A stretch of DNA of 63,997 nucleotides, counting the filler, from Sphacelaria rigidula (taxonomy: Eukaryota), in the NCBI GenBank assembly GCA_964200075.2. It is 3 parts of 3 records of this genome, joined end to end, with 100 filler letters (N's around TTAATTAATTAA, not from the genome) between each part and the next. Parts side by side here need not be neighbours in the genome. Positions count along the whole stretch, not along the records: positions 21,814 to 43,526 come from CAXNAA020000392.1; 2 more parts are not named here. One strand, 5' to 3'. Below, piece after piece: positions 25,601 through 38,527 of this stretch. A program made the translations under genes and the position numbers. Position 1 is the first letter of the stretch, and every line of letters starts with the position of its first letter. Below the pieces are notes generated by a model that worked only from the letters and a program-made list of their open reading frames with translations, ran no database searches and was not told the origin of the DNA.

Positions 25601-28600
25601 TTGTTGACGTCCGAGTCACACGAGTGAAAGTAGAACTGGTTAGCTGTGTGCACTTGTTCGCTGTTGGTCTTGCCAACAATGATGACCATCATCTAAAGGC
25701 ACCTAGTCTCGAGATTCCGTTTGAGCTCTCTCGCTCCGTCCTACCTCGCTTGTGTCTCTGTCGTGTCCGTGGTGGCCGTTTGGACTAAATAACTATCTCA
25801 CGCGCAGGAACGAAGCAAGAAGCACCGTCTCAGGACTACATGGATATGACAACGAGCACCCTACAGTACAAATAAGCGACCATGTCCGCATACCTTAGCG
25901 GGTAGGCTGTTGAGACTGCGTATCAGAACGCCGGGAGCGTTTGCGAAGACGTTAGTCACGTTCACTCCTGGAAGTAGGTCCATGAGCGCGTCTACCTGCG
26001 GCATCATGCAGGTGTACGTTCAGCGCACAGCACTGGATCGGCAAACATGTGATGCATCGGATAAAATATTTCTACACAAAAGAGGAGCGACATGACGGAC
26101 TTACTGTCATGTGGGGATGGCAGGGAGCGGCGGCAAAACACGCATTCTGGCATCAACTGAGAAACATGCGATGCAGTTATTCTTTCAGAAGACGATCAAG
26201 ATATGACTATTTGCAAGGACCAAAACGCTCGAGGCTGCCGTGCCACTCGGAACTGCCGCTAGTGTCTCCTGCGTCACCGTTCTAGGCAACGAATCACGTC
26301 GCACTCATGCATTTCGAAGGGAAGTAAACTAAGCCAAGAGTATACTGATATCATTCAGCCCACCCGAATGACATTGCACACATGAAACATGAACCTGCAA
26401 GGATGGAGGGAGCACAACGCACAACACACAATACCGCCTACAAATGCTGGTTTGCTGGTTTCAGGTGTACGGTACGTGTCGAACGCAGCGAAGGAAGATT
26501 AAGCCGGGACTGATTCTACCATGGAGGGACGCGGGGGAGGGGTTGAGCCAACTGTTACACAAAACAGCAACCTCCAAACGCCGCTGCAAAGCACAAGTGT
26601 CCGCCTGAATGTTCTTGTTACCAATATCATGCTCCTTTTCCAAACCACTCGACACGTTTTGCACCCACACGGAAATCCATTATGAGCGTGTGAGGTGTAA
26701 CACACTCGTGACCCCATTTTTTCGTGCAACCCCTGCCCCCCCCCCCCCTCTGTGTGGTAAGATGAGACGTGGGCAAACCGCAGTCGAAGGACCAGTGGGC
26801 CTGGTGGGAAGACAGATGAGTCAGCATTGGCAGATATTTTTTTCTTCAACCTGTAATACTGTAAGGAAGCCGCCGTTTGTACTCCTGCCGAAGGCGAGCG
26901 CAAACAAAAAACGCAACGCTTCAAGTGCGGCATCGTGCCAATAATGCATCTGAATAAATTACATACCCTATAATGGTGCCTTCATAGTACCAGAGACTAT
27001 TTTGCCCCTCCATCCCGAAAGCTTACTGCACAAAATGATCGATGTGGTGAATATCTGTAGCTTCATGTGATTGTATGTATGTGTCCTCTACAAAACAAAC
27101 CATGCTGCTCCAGTGGCACTGGGGCATCATCGGGTATATAGTAGCTCGGTTCCCTCGCACCTTTACGTCGAGAGTACCGTTGAGACCCGACATCCTCATC
27201 AAACCCGGCGCAGCCTCCACGAGTCGGACCAATTCCTTATCCGTGGAACTGGGAAATCTCTGTCCAGCCAACCACGAGCAACGTTTTTCAAAGTTCCACG
27301 CGCAAACCATGCATGAAGGAGTGAAGCGGAACTCTCAATCACTCATGCACGTTGGTAAGAGAGCGTTTGTGAAAACGTCATGGAATTGTCAACCTTCGAT
27401 TTCTCAATTCTTATATAGTCAACAATAGGTGAGCTTACGATCTCGCGTGTTGACAAGTCGACACCAACACCTCCCACAAATTAACTACTTGGGATTTTTC
27501 CCCCCGTCAAAACTGCATTCGTAGTAGAAATTGGTATCAACATATTACGATCTGGGACGGTGAGCTTAGCTCACCAATAGTTACCTGCGAGAAACAGAAA
27601 ATAGACAGCATGAATTTGTAGAAACACTCCATAGCTAGCCAACACTACGTATGCAGTAGCGTTCTTCACATCATCTATTTCACGACTTTAAACCCCTCTC
27701 TCTCCCTCGGGACGACTCTATAGTGTCAAGGGGTCAATCCGCCCCCCTTTCACATACCTGCCTTGCACTTTGATATCGAGCATGGTTATGATGACTGCTC
27801 CTACAGCCCCTCGACGCCTGTCGAACAATTTTGCCCACACCATTTCAGACGATAATAACTAGATAATACTCTACAGTCGGAATTCCCGCGAAATAAGTCT
27901 GCTCAAACTAGCGTCGGCTCATCGGTTAATCGGTTTGTATCACCGGGGAAGGGCGCCCACTACTGCACACCACACCACACCACACCACCGCGGGAACGAT
28001 CACCAGAGAATAACCGCATAGATGCTTCAGACGTTTGTCCAGTACCACGTGTGTCTGCAGACCTCGACCGCACCATTCCGACGGCCGCGCCACAGACATA
28101 CTGAAGTTTTCATCAAGCGTGGATTGGCACGGACTGCTACCGGAGTTATCCTCCTCACCAACGGGGTGGGTCACAAGGTGGAACACCTTGCATTTTTACG
28201 GATCAACTTGGGGCCGTGGGAAATCTGGGAGTTAAGTGGACTGAGCCAACTATTCCCCCCGAAGGTTGCTGCGGCCTATCGGAAGTTAACGTTTCAACAA
28301 CCCCTCATGTGCGTCCAGCCACACTGTAGGTTGATTATTCCTCCGCTACGGGTCGACTACAAGGCGAACACAACGACCAGCAGAAGAATGACCACCAAGA
28401 GCGAACCACAACGGCACGACAAAGGGGGAATACCTAAAACCATCGACTGTTGCGGAGGCTCGTCACCTCTCGTAGTTTGTCCAGGCTTCTCGGCACAGTG
28501 TCGTCACTCCTCGCCAAAACGGTGGGCATACCCTTCAGGATGGTGTGCAAGTTTGCCCCGGGCAGGAGACTCCTTAGGGCCTCCGCCTTCCGCTTTATAG

Positions 28601-31600
28601 TCTTGGGAGGTATGAACACCATCGAGGGGGCGGCCTGTGCATTTTCACACAGAGATTTGTATGCCGTCGAATAGATTACCCCGGGCGCTCGGATTCGCTG
28701 TTGAAGAGCCCTAGTTCCCCCAGGAAGCCGACACATATAAAATAAAACACAGAGTATGACAGTCGTGCTGCATGCCAATATGCCCCGCACGTAGCAGCTA
28801 CAGAAAACATGCATTCACCCCGCAACGGGTCAAGCAAGCAGGGCTAGACTACGAAAAGAGAAGGTAGCCGGTATGGGAATTGGTCACACTGAAGAATAGC
28901 ATGTGTGCGTCAGTGGAAAGAGCACAGTATCCGGTTTCGCAAACGCAGCGTGTAGCGTGTACGCAGCTCGACAACGGGAGTATTCACTGTGTTGGAATTG
29001 GACAACTGCATGTCTCTTGTACGCAACTGCCGAGCGGACGGGCCACTACAGTACGTCAGATTCGATGCACCGGATCCACATCCCGCTGTATTGATTTTCA
29101 ATCCAGCCCCCGTCTTCGTAGACGGCAAAAATTGGTGCAACTCCACCTGGGAGATGTCAAAACCCCGTCATGCCGCCAAGGGTTTGCAACAAGGAAATAA
29201 AGTGACGTGATCATCTATTTACCTGGAATATTGCCGAGTCCACCTCAGGAACATGCTCTTTGATGCCCATGATGTTTTGCTCCAGCCTGGGCGACAGATG
29301 GCACAAGCAGCGAGGCATGGCGCAGCACAGCGCACCGTAAATACTGAAGACATGTGCGAGAGTTCTGCAGTAGTGCGCACTGTGGTACACGACGCACACT
29401 GCAGCAATCCGAAAAGCACGTGCAAGGGCACGTACTTCTCGTTCTTGCAAGAGCGGAAAAAACTGCAGCGATATTCGAATGGCGTGTCAGTTACACCGAT
29501 TCACGCCCGCGAATATTGTGCGTCAACTGCGGTTGTCGAAATCGGCGCCCCGAAGGCAAGGTTATGGCACATTGTTGAAACAACTGGAACCAGAATCAAC
29601 CTCATCACACCCGCAGGAATACGTGTAGGCATGGAACATGACGTACCTGTATGTTCAGACCTGAACGGAACATATGCTTAGCATTCATCTTTTGTGAAGC
29701 TAAGCTTCACCTATGGAACTCTAGTAGTGAAGGAAAGACCAAGAGGCCAGGACGAGCAATGCCCTTGAACAAATATTTTCAAAAAGTGACCATCTCCAGG
29801 AACAACGTTGGACACAACCTCTCCGTCTCACACGCAATTGGCCATGGCGTGTTTTGGCAAAACAGTTTCAGTGCGCGTGCGAAGTGAGAGCGATCTCTAC
29901 TTCGTGTACCTGGTCGCGTTCCTAGACAACATGGAAGGGATGCGCTCCACTACCCGAGCCATATTCGCCGTGGGAAAGGCATCGCTGACGACCTTGCACA
30001 CTCGTTTCATTTGGGCCCTGGGTACCAGGAACGTCTGTTGAGGCGTGTCAATCGACAGCGGAGTACGACATAGTCGAAGAGTGCACGAAACGCCAAGATA
30101 TTTGCGTCACGTGCGAATGGAGCAACCATGAAATGTGGGGGTACTGGCACCAGTCAGCGTTGACGAAATAGTTCAGAGGTGGTTAGGGTTAGTAGTGGAT
30201 AGGGTAGAGTAGGGTATCAAGTGAGGTATTTTGGCGTGTCGACATCGTGGCTAATCTGAAACACTGAGTATGTTTGGCTATTGATACCCCGGGTACTCTG
30301 GTGTATTGAGAGTATTTGACAACTTGTACCCAGGATACTCTGAGATAATCAGTATCTAGGTTAGTCGATATCCTGGATACCCGGGGTGTTCAGTACATGT
30401 ACCCATCACTGATTGATTTGGTTAATTGATTGTCGCAATTTAACTGACCCGAAGGGAACCAGCCGTGGTTACATGATGGACGTACCCGAGACAGAACAAA
30501 AGTGAAACGCTAGCTGAAGAAATGGAAGACACAGCAAAGGTAGAACAGAACAACATCATTACGGGTACCAAATCGGGTATTCCAGAGAGCGAGTACCCGA
30601 GGTACTCTGAGATACCTGGTACTTGCGGCAATGCTTCCCCTGGAATGCTGATTATTTCCGATATCGTGGGAACCTTGCAATACTGAGTACTTTCAGCGGG
30701 CTTTCAGCGGCGATTCCCCGAGTACCTTGAAATACCGAGTACTTCCAGTAGCCAATGCACGGCATATCCTCGAAGACTCAGTACTCTCAGTCGACAGCAC
30801 CCTGGGTACCCCCAATACTGCAGTATAAATACTGCGTATTCCAGGTAACATTCCGGGTATTTTAGTGTGTGGGTACCCGAGGTGCGCGAAGGTATTCAGT
30901 ACTTCCGGCAATCGATACCCCGAGTACCCTGGAATACTAAGCTCTCTCATGGAGGGTGCTACCCCGCGAACCGTGGAGAACTCAGTATCTACGAGACTCG
31001 CGATCCCAAGTAGCCCAGAGTACTTGATACTGCGGGAAGTTGATACATCAGGTACTCGCGAGCACTCAAGTAGTGGTTTGGGGGCTTGGTCGGGGAAATA
31101 CTAATACTAGTACCTTACGCGAATTATTTTTTTGGGTAGTTGATATTGGCTAGAGTACAAGTTCGAATATAACGTGAAAATACTCTATGCAAGAACCACC
31201 AGACAAGTGGGCAGCGCATTGCACGTATGTAATACGAGAAATAAAGTAGTGTGAATGTTGGGGGCCTGTTGACTGTCGCCGAGCGTGCAGCACCCGCCGT
31301 GGCCACGGGCTTCGCTGCAGAAGCAGTAGAATATCCAAGCGCGTGCATGCCCAGCAGTGGAACTTTCAAGCGCTTGCATGCCCACACGGTGTGCTTGCAA
31401 ACACTGCACCTCCGCCGTCACTCATGCTCAGCACTGCCCTCCTTACTGGATACCATGTGCACTCTACCGAGTGCAGTACTAAGAAGGCCTCTACTGCGGT
31501 GTGCTAAGTAGGTTCGTGATTGTGAAATACGGGAAGGGTGCGGTGTGTTCGTATGTGGAACTTTTTTTGAATGCTTTATCGGGGTTCGTGGGACAGCTTC

Positions 31601-34600
31601 TCCCGCGGGCGTTGAATCTACACTTGGCATCGTTTCAATCAAGTTCAATAAACTGATACGTTGACGCACCGTACATACATACATACATTCGACACATTTT
31701 TATGTACTGCCCGGCGCGACGGTGAGCCTAAAAAAGATTGTGTTCACCGTCCATTCTCGATAGAGCTCGACCTAGTTGTTTTAACATCAACTGTAGACGG
31801 CCAAGTGTACATAACTCATTATATGAATGCACATGATTCAGAATACAACCAGGCAACTTCCTCCCGTTCTTCATACCGAGCTTTCGGAATTCAGGATACG
31901 TTCAGGCAACTTGCTACTGTGCAGGTAACGTTTGTATTATTGAATAGCCAAATATACAGAGTGCAGTACATAAATATAAATCGTTTACAATACAACGTGA
32001 AGGCATTTCCTACCAATCTTGATGCCAAATACTCAGAATCGAGAATGTCGTCAGGCAACTCGCTGGAGTGTGGGTAAGTTGCGGAGCACTTAACAGTCAA
32101 ATGTACAGATTTCTGTATTCAACGCTGGGTGTACATGGATCAAAACTCTTCGAAAAAACTTCCCACCATTTTGTATTTCAAATATCCGAAGTTAGCTTGC
32201 TAAAGTGCAGGAAACAAGGTTTAGAACACCATACGTAATAAAACTAGGACTGGTCAGGGCAGAATACTGTCCAGAACTGAGTATAAACCCTGGAATACCA
32301 ACTAATTGTAGGTCACGATGCCCTGGGCACTCGGGAACGCTGAATATTTTCGGCACTTCATGCCCTGAGTACCCTGGAATACTGAGTATTTCGGGGAATC
32401 GATGCCCTGTGTACCCGCGGTACTCAGTACACATACTCAGTATACCTGGTGAACCACCGGGTAGATTGGGGGCGGGTACCCGAGAAACCCAAGAATACTG
32501 AGTACTTTCGAAAATCGGTACCCTGGGTACGGGAAGTACTCAGTGATTATACTCAGTACATCGTGTACCACATCAGATGTTTCGGGGAGGGAGTACCCGA
32601 GGTGCCCTACGATACTCCGTAATCTAGGCAATTAGGACACGTAGTATTTTTGGCCGTCGATACTCTGGATACCCTGAGGTATCGAGTATTTCAAATACGC
32701 AGGAAATCCAGGGTACCCCGGGATACCCTATTCTAACCTAACCACCTTTGGAATGATTTCAAGTATGTAAATTGTTCATATTCAAGAGTTCCCGGCTATG
32801 TCGTGAATGATTCTGGCTCGAGTTCCCACCTGAAAAAAAATATGCGCTTCGCAGCTACGACTTACTTGGCATTTCATAGTTGCGCTACTACCTCCCGCAC
32901 CGACGACTGGTTGCAACAAGCTTCCAGCGGTGTTGAGCGTATTTCAGGGAGGCATATTGGTTGGCAAACCGTGGCGACCAGCTGGGATTCGAGATATCGT
33001 GAAAATGCACCCAGAAATTTCGGATGGTTAGATCACACGTAAAAAAGCAACGCTGAGTCAAACACTCATTTGCTGACGGCCTGGTATCGTAACGTGTTGC
33101 TTCTACAATAATGGGATGGCGCTCACCCGTGGATGTCTGCTGACGACCGTGCGGAAGTTGGCGCTCGGCGCTATCTTCATCAGAAACATCGCCCGTTTGT
33201 GCACATCGAGCTGCGTGCCCCGACATGCAGCACAATAAAGCGGCAAGTGGTAGAGGACGTTGGCTGTGGGGTAAGTAATTGTTCCAAACACTCAAGGGAG
33301 TCGGTAGGAAAACAACATGCCCCCGGTGATGGCCGATACGACGTCAGAAATAGATGGTGACATGAAACGCCGGGGTTTGGTATTCTCTGTACCGACGACA
33401 TAGTCTGTACCTACGGTGGACATCGTCGGTCCGCGAAGTTACACGAAGCAGATCGAGTTCAGCCTGTACTGAACTAGGCGAGAGTGTGCGTCAGTTGCGC
33501 GTCGGATATCCAATGCCCGATACTGCTTCAAAATTGGGCACGTACATCTGCGTACTTATCCCCTTGACCGCGACCCCCACGCAGATCGCCAAAACTTGCC
33601 CATTTCGTGTTTCGAGGGGCACAGCACGCCCGGTGATACAAACAGATGGATGTTGAGTATTGGTATGGGAATGAATGCAAGAGAACCCCCAACCGTTATT
33701 TTGGTCGAGTCATGTGTGTGTACGTTTTGTTTGGCAATTTGGCGAAGAAGGCGGTACAGTACATGCTGCCATGCGTCAGTAAGTGGTGCACGCTGGTTAC
33801 CACTACTACTCCTGCTACGATGAACGACATACTCTCTTCGAGGCAGTGATGACGCGCCTCCTGCATGCTCTTATCTTGCACTGCATACACATCATCTCAT
33901 GCGGACTCTGGTAGAGTGCTGCTGTTGTACTGTACAGACGGGCTCAATCAACGGCAAAATTCAACAGTGCAGTATAGTGCCTAGGTTCTCTACTTCACAC
34001 GGTATAGACTATTTCTATCTCTGCTCAGTGTCCTAGAAAAACAGAAGGCAGCTATCCTCACAACATGCAGCAAAAGAGGGGTAGGCAGGTTGAAAATCCT
34101 GTGACAACAGCGAAATGTAGCGCTCATGAATCTGTGCGATTCAATGATGCGGTGGTCGTTGCTGAAACTGGCCATATCTACCTCGACATCCAGGTGAGCG
34201 AAAATTGGCGATTTGTGGGAGAATATAATGGATTATTCGACCTATCAAAGATATCAAAATAATTCCTCCACTCCCTTCAGGCCTATTGCCCGACCGACAC
34301 GTTTCATAGAAAACATGCATGGTTGATCTGGGAGGCGTTCTCTGACGATCGGTGAACTCGCATGCCTCCGCTTCAAAACAAGGAACCCCCTGAACTGTCA
34401 ACCGGCGATCCTCTTTCGAAACAAGGCCGAAGGAGTGATGGTATATCAGTGGAACACCCTCAAGTGATGGGGATTTTCAAGTTGGGCCTGCGAGAAACAA
34501 TGTCCTGAAATCTCGAGATATTTGTTCATCGAGACTTCCATTTTAGGATCATCATGGGAAACCGGCTTCAGCGGCGCGGCCGCTGCAGAAAAAAGAAAAA

Positions 34601-37600
34601 AAACAGCCGCTGTGGGGGAAACTACGATACACAACAGCCGACCCGTACTACTCAACAATGGCATCGTACATTCCACAATTTGGTACTAGCCCAACAAGGA
34701 GGGAAGGGGGGTAGGAAAGACGCGCTTACACGCTTTTGCGCAGGGAGCTTAGATCGTGTGATCACAAAATTTGAAGACCCGAATAACCTGGAGGAGCTGT
34801 TGTACAGCGCTAGTTAAAAATACCATTCACGCGTGGTGCAGTGAGCATAACCCGGTGTTATTCCAACACCATATCCAATGAAATCAGTATCAACATCACC
34901 CTTGTCGAGTTGCAGACCACAGCACATGCACACCCCATGGACCAAAGACCATCTAATACAGACATGTGATGCGTACATTCTTGCAGAGACACACAATAGT
35001 CCGTGCACAACGAATGGGGTTATAAAAAGGAGCCTCGGTACGCTCAGCGGTCAACAATTCCTTATTTGCCGGGTGGTTTATATCAAAACATGCAATTTAA
35101 ATGAGGCGACATGCAATTTAAATGAGGCGACATGTAAAATAAATAAAAAAACGCCGAAAGGGGTGAGGACTCACAGTAAGGATGTGCAACGCGTCGAGAG
35201 ATTAACAACAGTTTCCCCTGACCCCAAAAAAATGAAATCATGTGACGGCAGTGTCGGTAAACAACAAAGTAATGTATCGGCAGCTGTTTACAGTTTTAAT
35301 GTCGTCATAGTAGTAGCCTGGGGTTTTTTCAATCGCACTACTAGGCCATGTGATTTTACAGCTTTGACCGCAAGCAGAGCCTGCCACCCATGTCGTACAC
35401 TAACGTGTCTCGACAGCAAAAGAGGGAACACTTTCGAACACAATACTTTGTTCTCTTACATGCGTGTTAGCTCCTCACGAAAACTCTACCGTGGCTCATC
35501 AACTCTCTGCCCCCGACGCTGTGATTTAAACTGTGACCCTTGTTTTGCGTTCCTACTCAAGTGCCTACCCTTTATCATGTGAGGGGGAGGAGTGCAAGAT
35601 GAAACATCGACCTCCCCGACGGACAAGGACCCTTCGTCACAGGGAGGAAACATTTTGATGTGCGTCATTCGCCTGATGACGTATATGATCTTGATGAATC
35701 AGATGCACGGAGTCCATCGCCGGATATTCCACGGCACACACACTGAGTAAGGTCGGCAATCAGCCCCCTGGTTAACCTGGAATAACCATTCGGTACCCTG
35801 GGCATCCAAGAATACGAGCATTTTTGGCTGTCGGTACCTCGGGTGCTTTGGAGTACTCAGTTCTTCGAGTACCATACCGGGTAATTCGCGGGGCGGGTAC
35901 CCGAGGTGCTCTGGGGCCGTCAATGGGTAGACTCAACACTCCGGGGTACAAGACCGGGTATTATTGGGGGCAGGTACCCGAGGTACCCTAAGGTGCTCAA
36001 TACCTTCGGCAGTTGGTACCCCCAGTATCTAAGTACTCACTCATGTACTCAGCTCTTGCTCTGTAGTATTTATTAGTAGTGGCCTCCAATATCCTGGGTA
36101 CCCAATAATCACCACTGGTACTCAGTGCTACGGGTAACGCACGGGGTGTTTCGACGGGCGGGTACCCGAGGTACCGCGAGGCACTCAGTACTTCCGACAG
36201 TCAGCACCCAGTGTACCTGGGGTGTTCAGTAGTTTTCCTCAGCATTCCGGGTGCAGGACCGGATGTTTCGGGAGGCTGATACCCAAGGTACCCTGAGGTC
36301 TTCACTACCTTCGGTCATGATACCTTGAGCGTTTGTTCCACTCAGTACTTGCATGGTCCCTTTACTACTATATATTTTTTGTCGCACTTTGAGCCCCTCC
36401 TCTTCCTCGGGATGGGTCCGTGGTCTCAAGGGATCAACCCATCTCTCGCCCGGTACACGCCTTGCACTTTGATCTCGCGGATTGGGTCAGCACTCCTGCA
36501 CCGCGTCAACTCACGTCAAACAAACTCTGTCGACTACTTTGTTTACTCACGTTCTCAGGCTTTCCACGGTGGAAATCAGACAATACGAAGAAAAAACACA
36601 ACGCATCGGGAATCGAACCCTCGTTCTCTCCACTCTAATGGCGACAGTCGGACCATTACACCACCAGGGCGCGGCAACATATGTAGAGCTCAATATTTCC
36701 AGCAGTCCACACCCTCGGTTCCCCGGAATGTTGGAATATTTTCAGCATCCGACACCCTGTGTTCCCTGGAGTACAGGGTATCGCAAACAAGCCGGGAAGC
36801 TAGGTTTCCCCAGGGTACATTTCCTACCCTCAACCCTTTGATCGCTCGTTTCGGTGCAGTATTTTCGACTGAAAGTCCCGGGCGAGAAGTGCACATCATG
36901 CTGTCGTGATATATTCGTAGCGTTTGGGACACCGTGCAGTACAGTACTTTACTGTTCATGCAGGACGTGCTCGACTGTTGTCTGCATACCGTACAGTACA
37001 GTGATCCGTCATTGCTCTCGTCTCATCTAAGTTGAGAAGCCGCCCTGATGCGAGGGTAATTGTCCACACAACTCAAGCGTTCGTGAACGGCAGTCGATAC
37101 AGTAGCCTGGTTCAAGGCAAAGAACAAAACATAATGAAATGCTTTGATTATCTCTGGCCAAACCCTCTCACCTAACACGCACAGTCTCTATTTCAACCAA
37201 TCTCACTCTTAACCAATCAACCACACTCAATCTCTTTCTTACTCAATCTCTCAAACACTCACCAAACACTCGTATGCAAAACCCAGAGCAAGGCACGATG
37301 GCAGCGGACACCCAACCAGACTGTGCGTGGGGTAGCTCAGCTGCTTGTGCAGCAGATGCATTATGCTCGCATAACCTACGTCATTTGATACTATTCTCCT
37401 GATTGGCTACCATAATCATCCGCAGTTTCAACATGGTTGACGCTACATATACTGGACGATATCTTACATCATTCTCCTTCATGACTGAGGGTGAGCATTT
37501 TCGGTCATAGGTTGCACAGCACTGTTATCCAGCACTTGCACACAAGCCCGCTCTTGTACGGGCAGCGGGCGGGTAAGGCTGGGCATATGTGATCTCGGAT

Positions 37601-38527
37601 GCAGGTTATGAACACCGCAGTGTCCTTCTGGGCGATCCAAATAGAAAGTGAAATATCCACGTGATAACCTTGGCTGTAATGTACATACCACAATCATACT
37701 CCCAGTAACACCCCTCCGAACTCGCGCAATATGGCATTTTCAACGTGGACAAAGCTGCCGTTCTTCACATTTTTGCAGGTGCCCACCTTCGGTGCATTTC
37801 AGGGGTCAGGCGTAGTAGAGTTCAGCATCTTGGGAAAATACTTCCAGTGATCTAGGCCGTGTACACCGCAGGCCCCCTGCCCCCTAGTACAGTCAAGTAC
37901 AGCGGTACATTGAGGATCTTGCACGATAACATGGTGCCAAATTGTACAATCCAAAAATTGCAAGGCCAACAGTCGACTCAACTAAAGTCTAAACGGGATT
38001 GATATATACTCCCTGGATCTTACCGGGTTAATCTTCCGATAAGCAGACACTTCCTCCAGCATGTGCTCAACCGAACGGGCATCAAGCAGCCGCAGCTTGT
38101 ACACCAGGAGGACGATAACAGCGGCTTCATTCTGATTGTACCACCTGGGCCGATTGATTTGGTAGTCTCCTGCGTTGGCTGCGTCCGAAGGAAAACTCTC
38201 AGCGAGAGCAGTTGCGTCGACTAAGCTACTGGCGTTGTTATTATCGATGCTGCTGAGGGTGCTGCTGTTGTTGTTGCCATTGCTGGAGACCACGGCCGCG
38301 GTACTGTCGCTAGCCGCTTGCGAGTTGCTACTGCTGCGGCGTGTCGTGGTGGGTTGTGATGATCGCAGTGCGCATGAATTGAAGTTACGTGGGTATTGTC
38401 GCTGACCTATCTGCGTTGGAACTGGTATCGATAGACACACACCAAATCTTGCTGGTGATGGTGGAAAGATAAAAGCGTGAGCTGCGGCCAGCCACGCTGC
38501 TGCTAGCCGTACACACAGCATACGCAT
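22698..38527 (-). CDS. Plastid-targeted mTERF-like helical-repeat protein, 8 exons, 616 aa
   Basis: Exons 38527-38024, 30034-29910, 29286-29223, 28634-28467, 27259-27161, 25995-25894, 24733-24565, 23317-22698 join in phase (1851 nt). Signal peptide ends AAAHA-F (ASAFAP-like) and is followed by a Ser-rich transit peptide. Repeated ~35-aa units such as FPTANMARVVERIPSML, LLPGANLHTILKGMPTVL, LLPGVNVTNVFANAPGVL and LFPTANVTKMVSRTPGIL resemble mTERF repeats. The family assignment is inference. Confidence 0.8.
25095..25385. repeat. Degenerate ~42-bp tandem repeat (about 6-7 units) in an intron
   Basis: GG(G)AAACATGT...GATTC..CT.GTA.G.ATGGAAGG recurs at ~42-nt spacing. Confidence 0.7.
30165..32760. 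mobile_element. Non-autonomous TIR element (~2.6 kb) with GTAC-rich subterminal repeats
   Basis: Left end TTCAGAGGTGGTTAGGGTTAG; right end reverse complement TTCCAAAGGTGGTTAGGTTAG. Dense GAGTAC/GGTACC/GATACC repeats at ~30260-31100 and ~32270-32730. Confidence 0.6.
32950..33450 (-). mobile_element. Decayed Ty3/gypsy reverse transcriptase fragment
   Basis: TDYVVGTENTKPRRFMSPSISDVVSAITGGMLFS and HKRAMFLMKIAPSANFRTV align by eye with the gypsy motifs DYR.LN..T..D.FP.P.I.D and RMPFGLKNAPATFQ. Confidence 0.45.
35770..36835. repeat. GTAC-rich degenerate repeat element, interrupted by a SINE
   Basis: Repeated GGTACCCGAGGT/GTACTCAG motifs as in 30165-32760. Confidence 0.55.
36375..36675 (-). mobile_element. 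tRNA-derived SINE, family 2
   Basis: Head GCCGCGCCCTGGTGGTGTAATGG...GGTTCGATTCC and A-rich tail. Other copies at 56297-56592 and 58104-58410; 3' fragments near 4504-4560 and 27680-27785. Confidence 0.8.
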
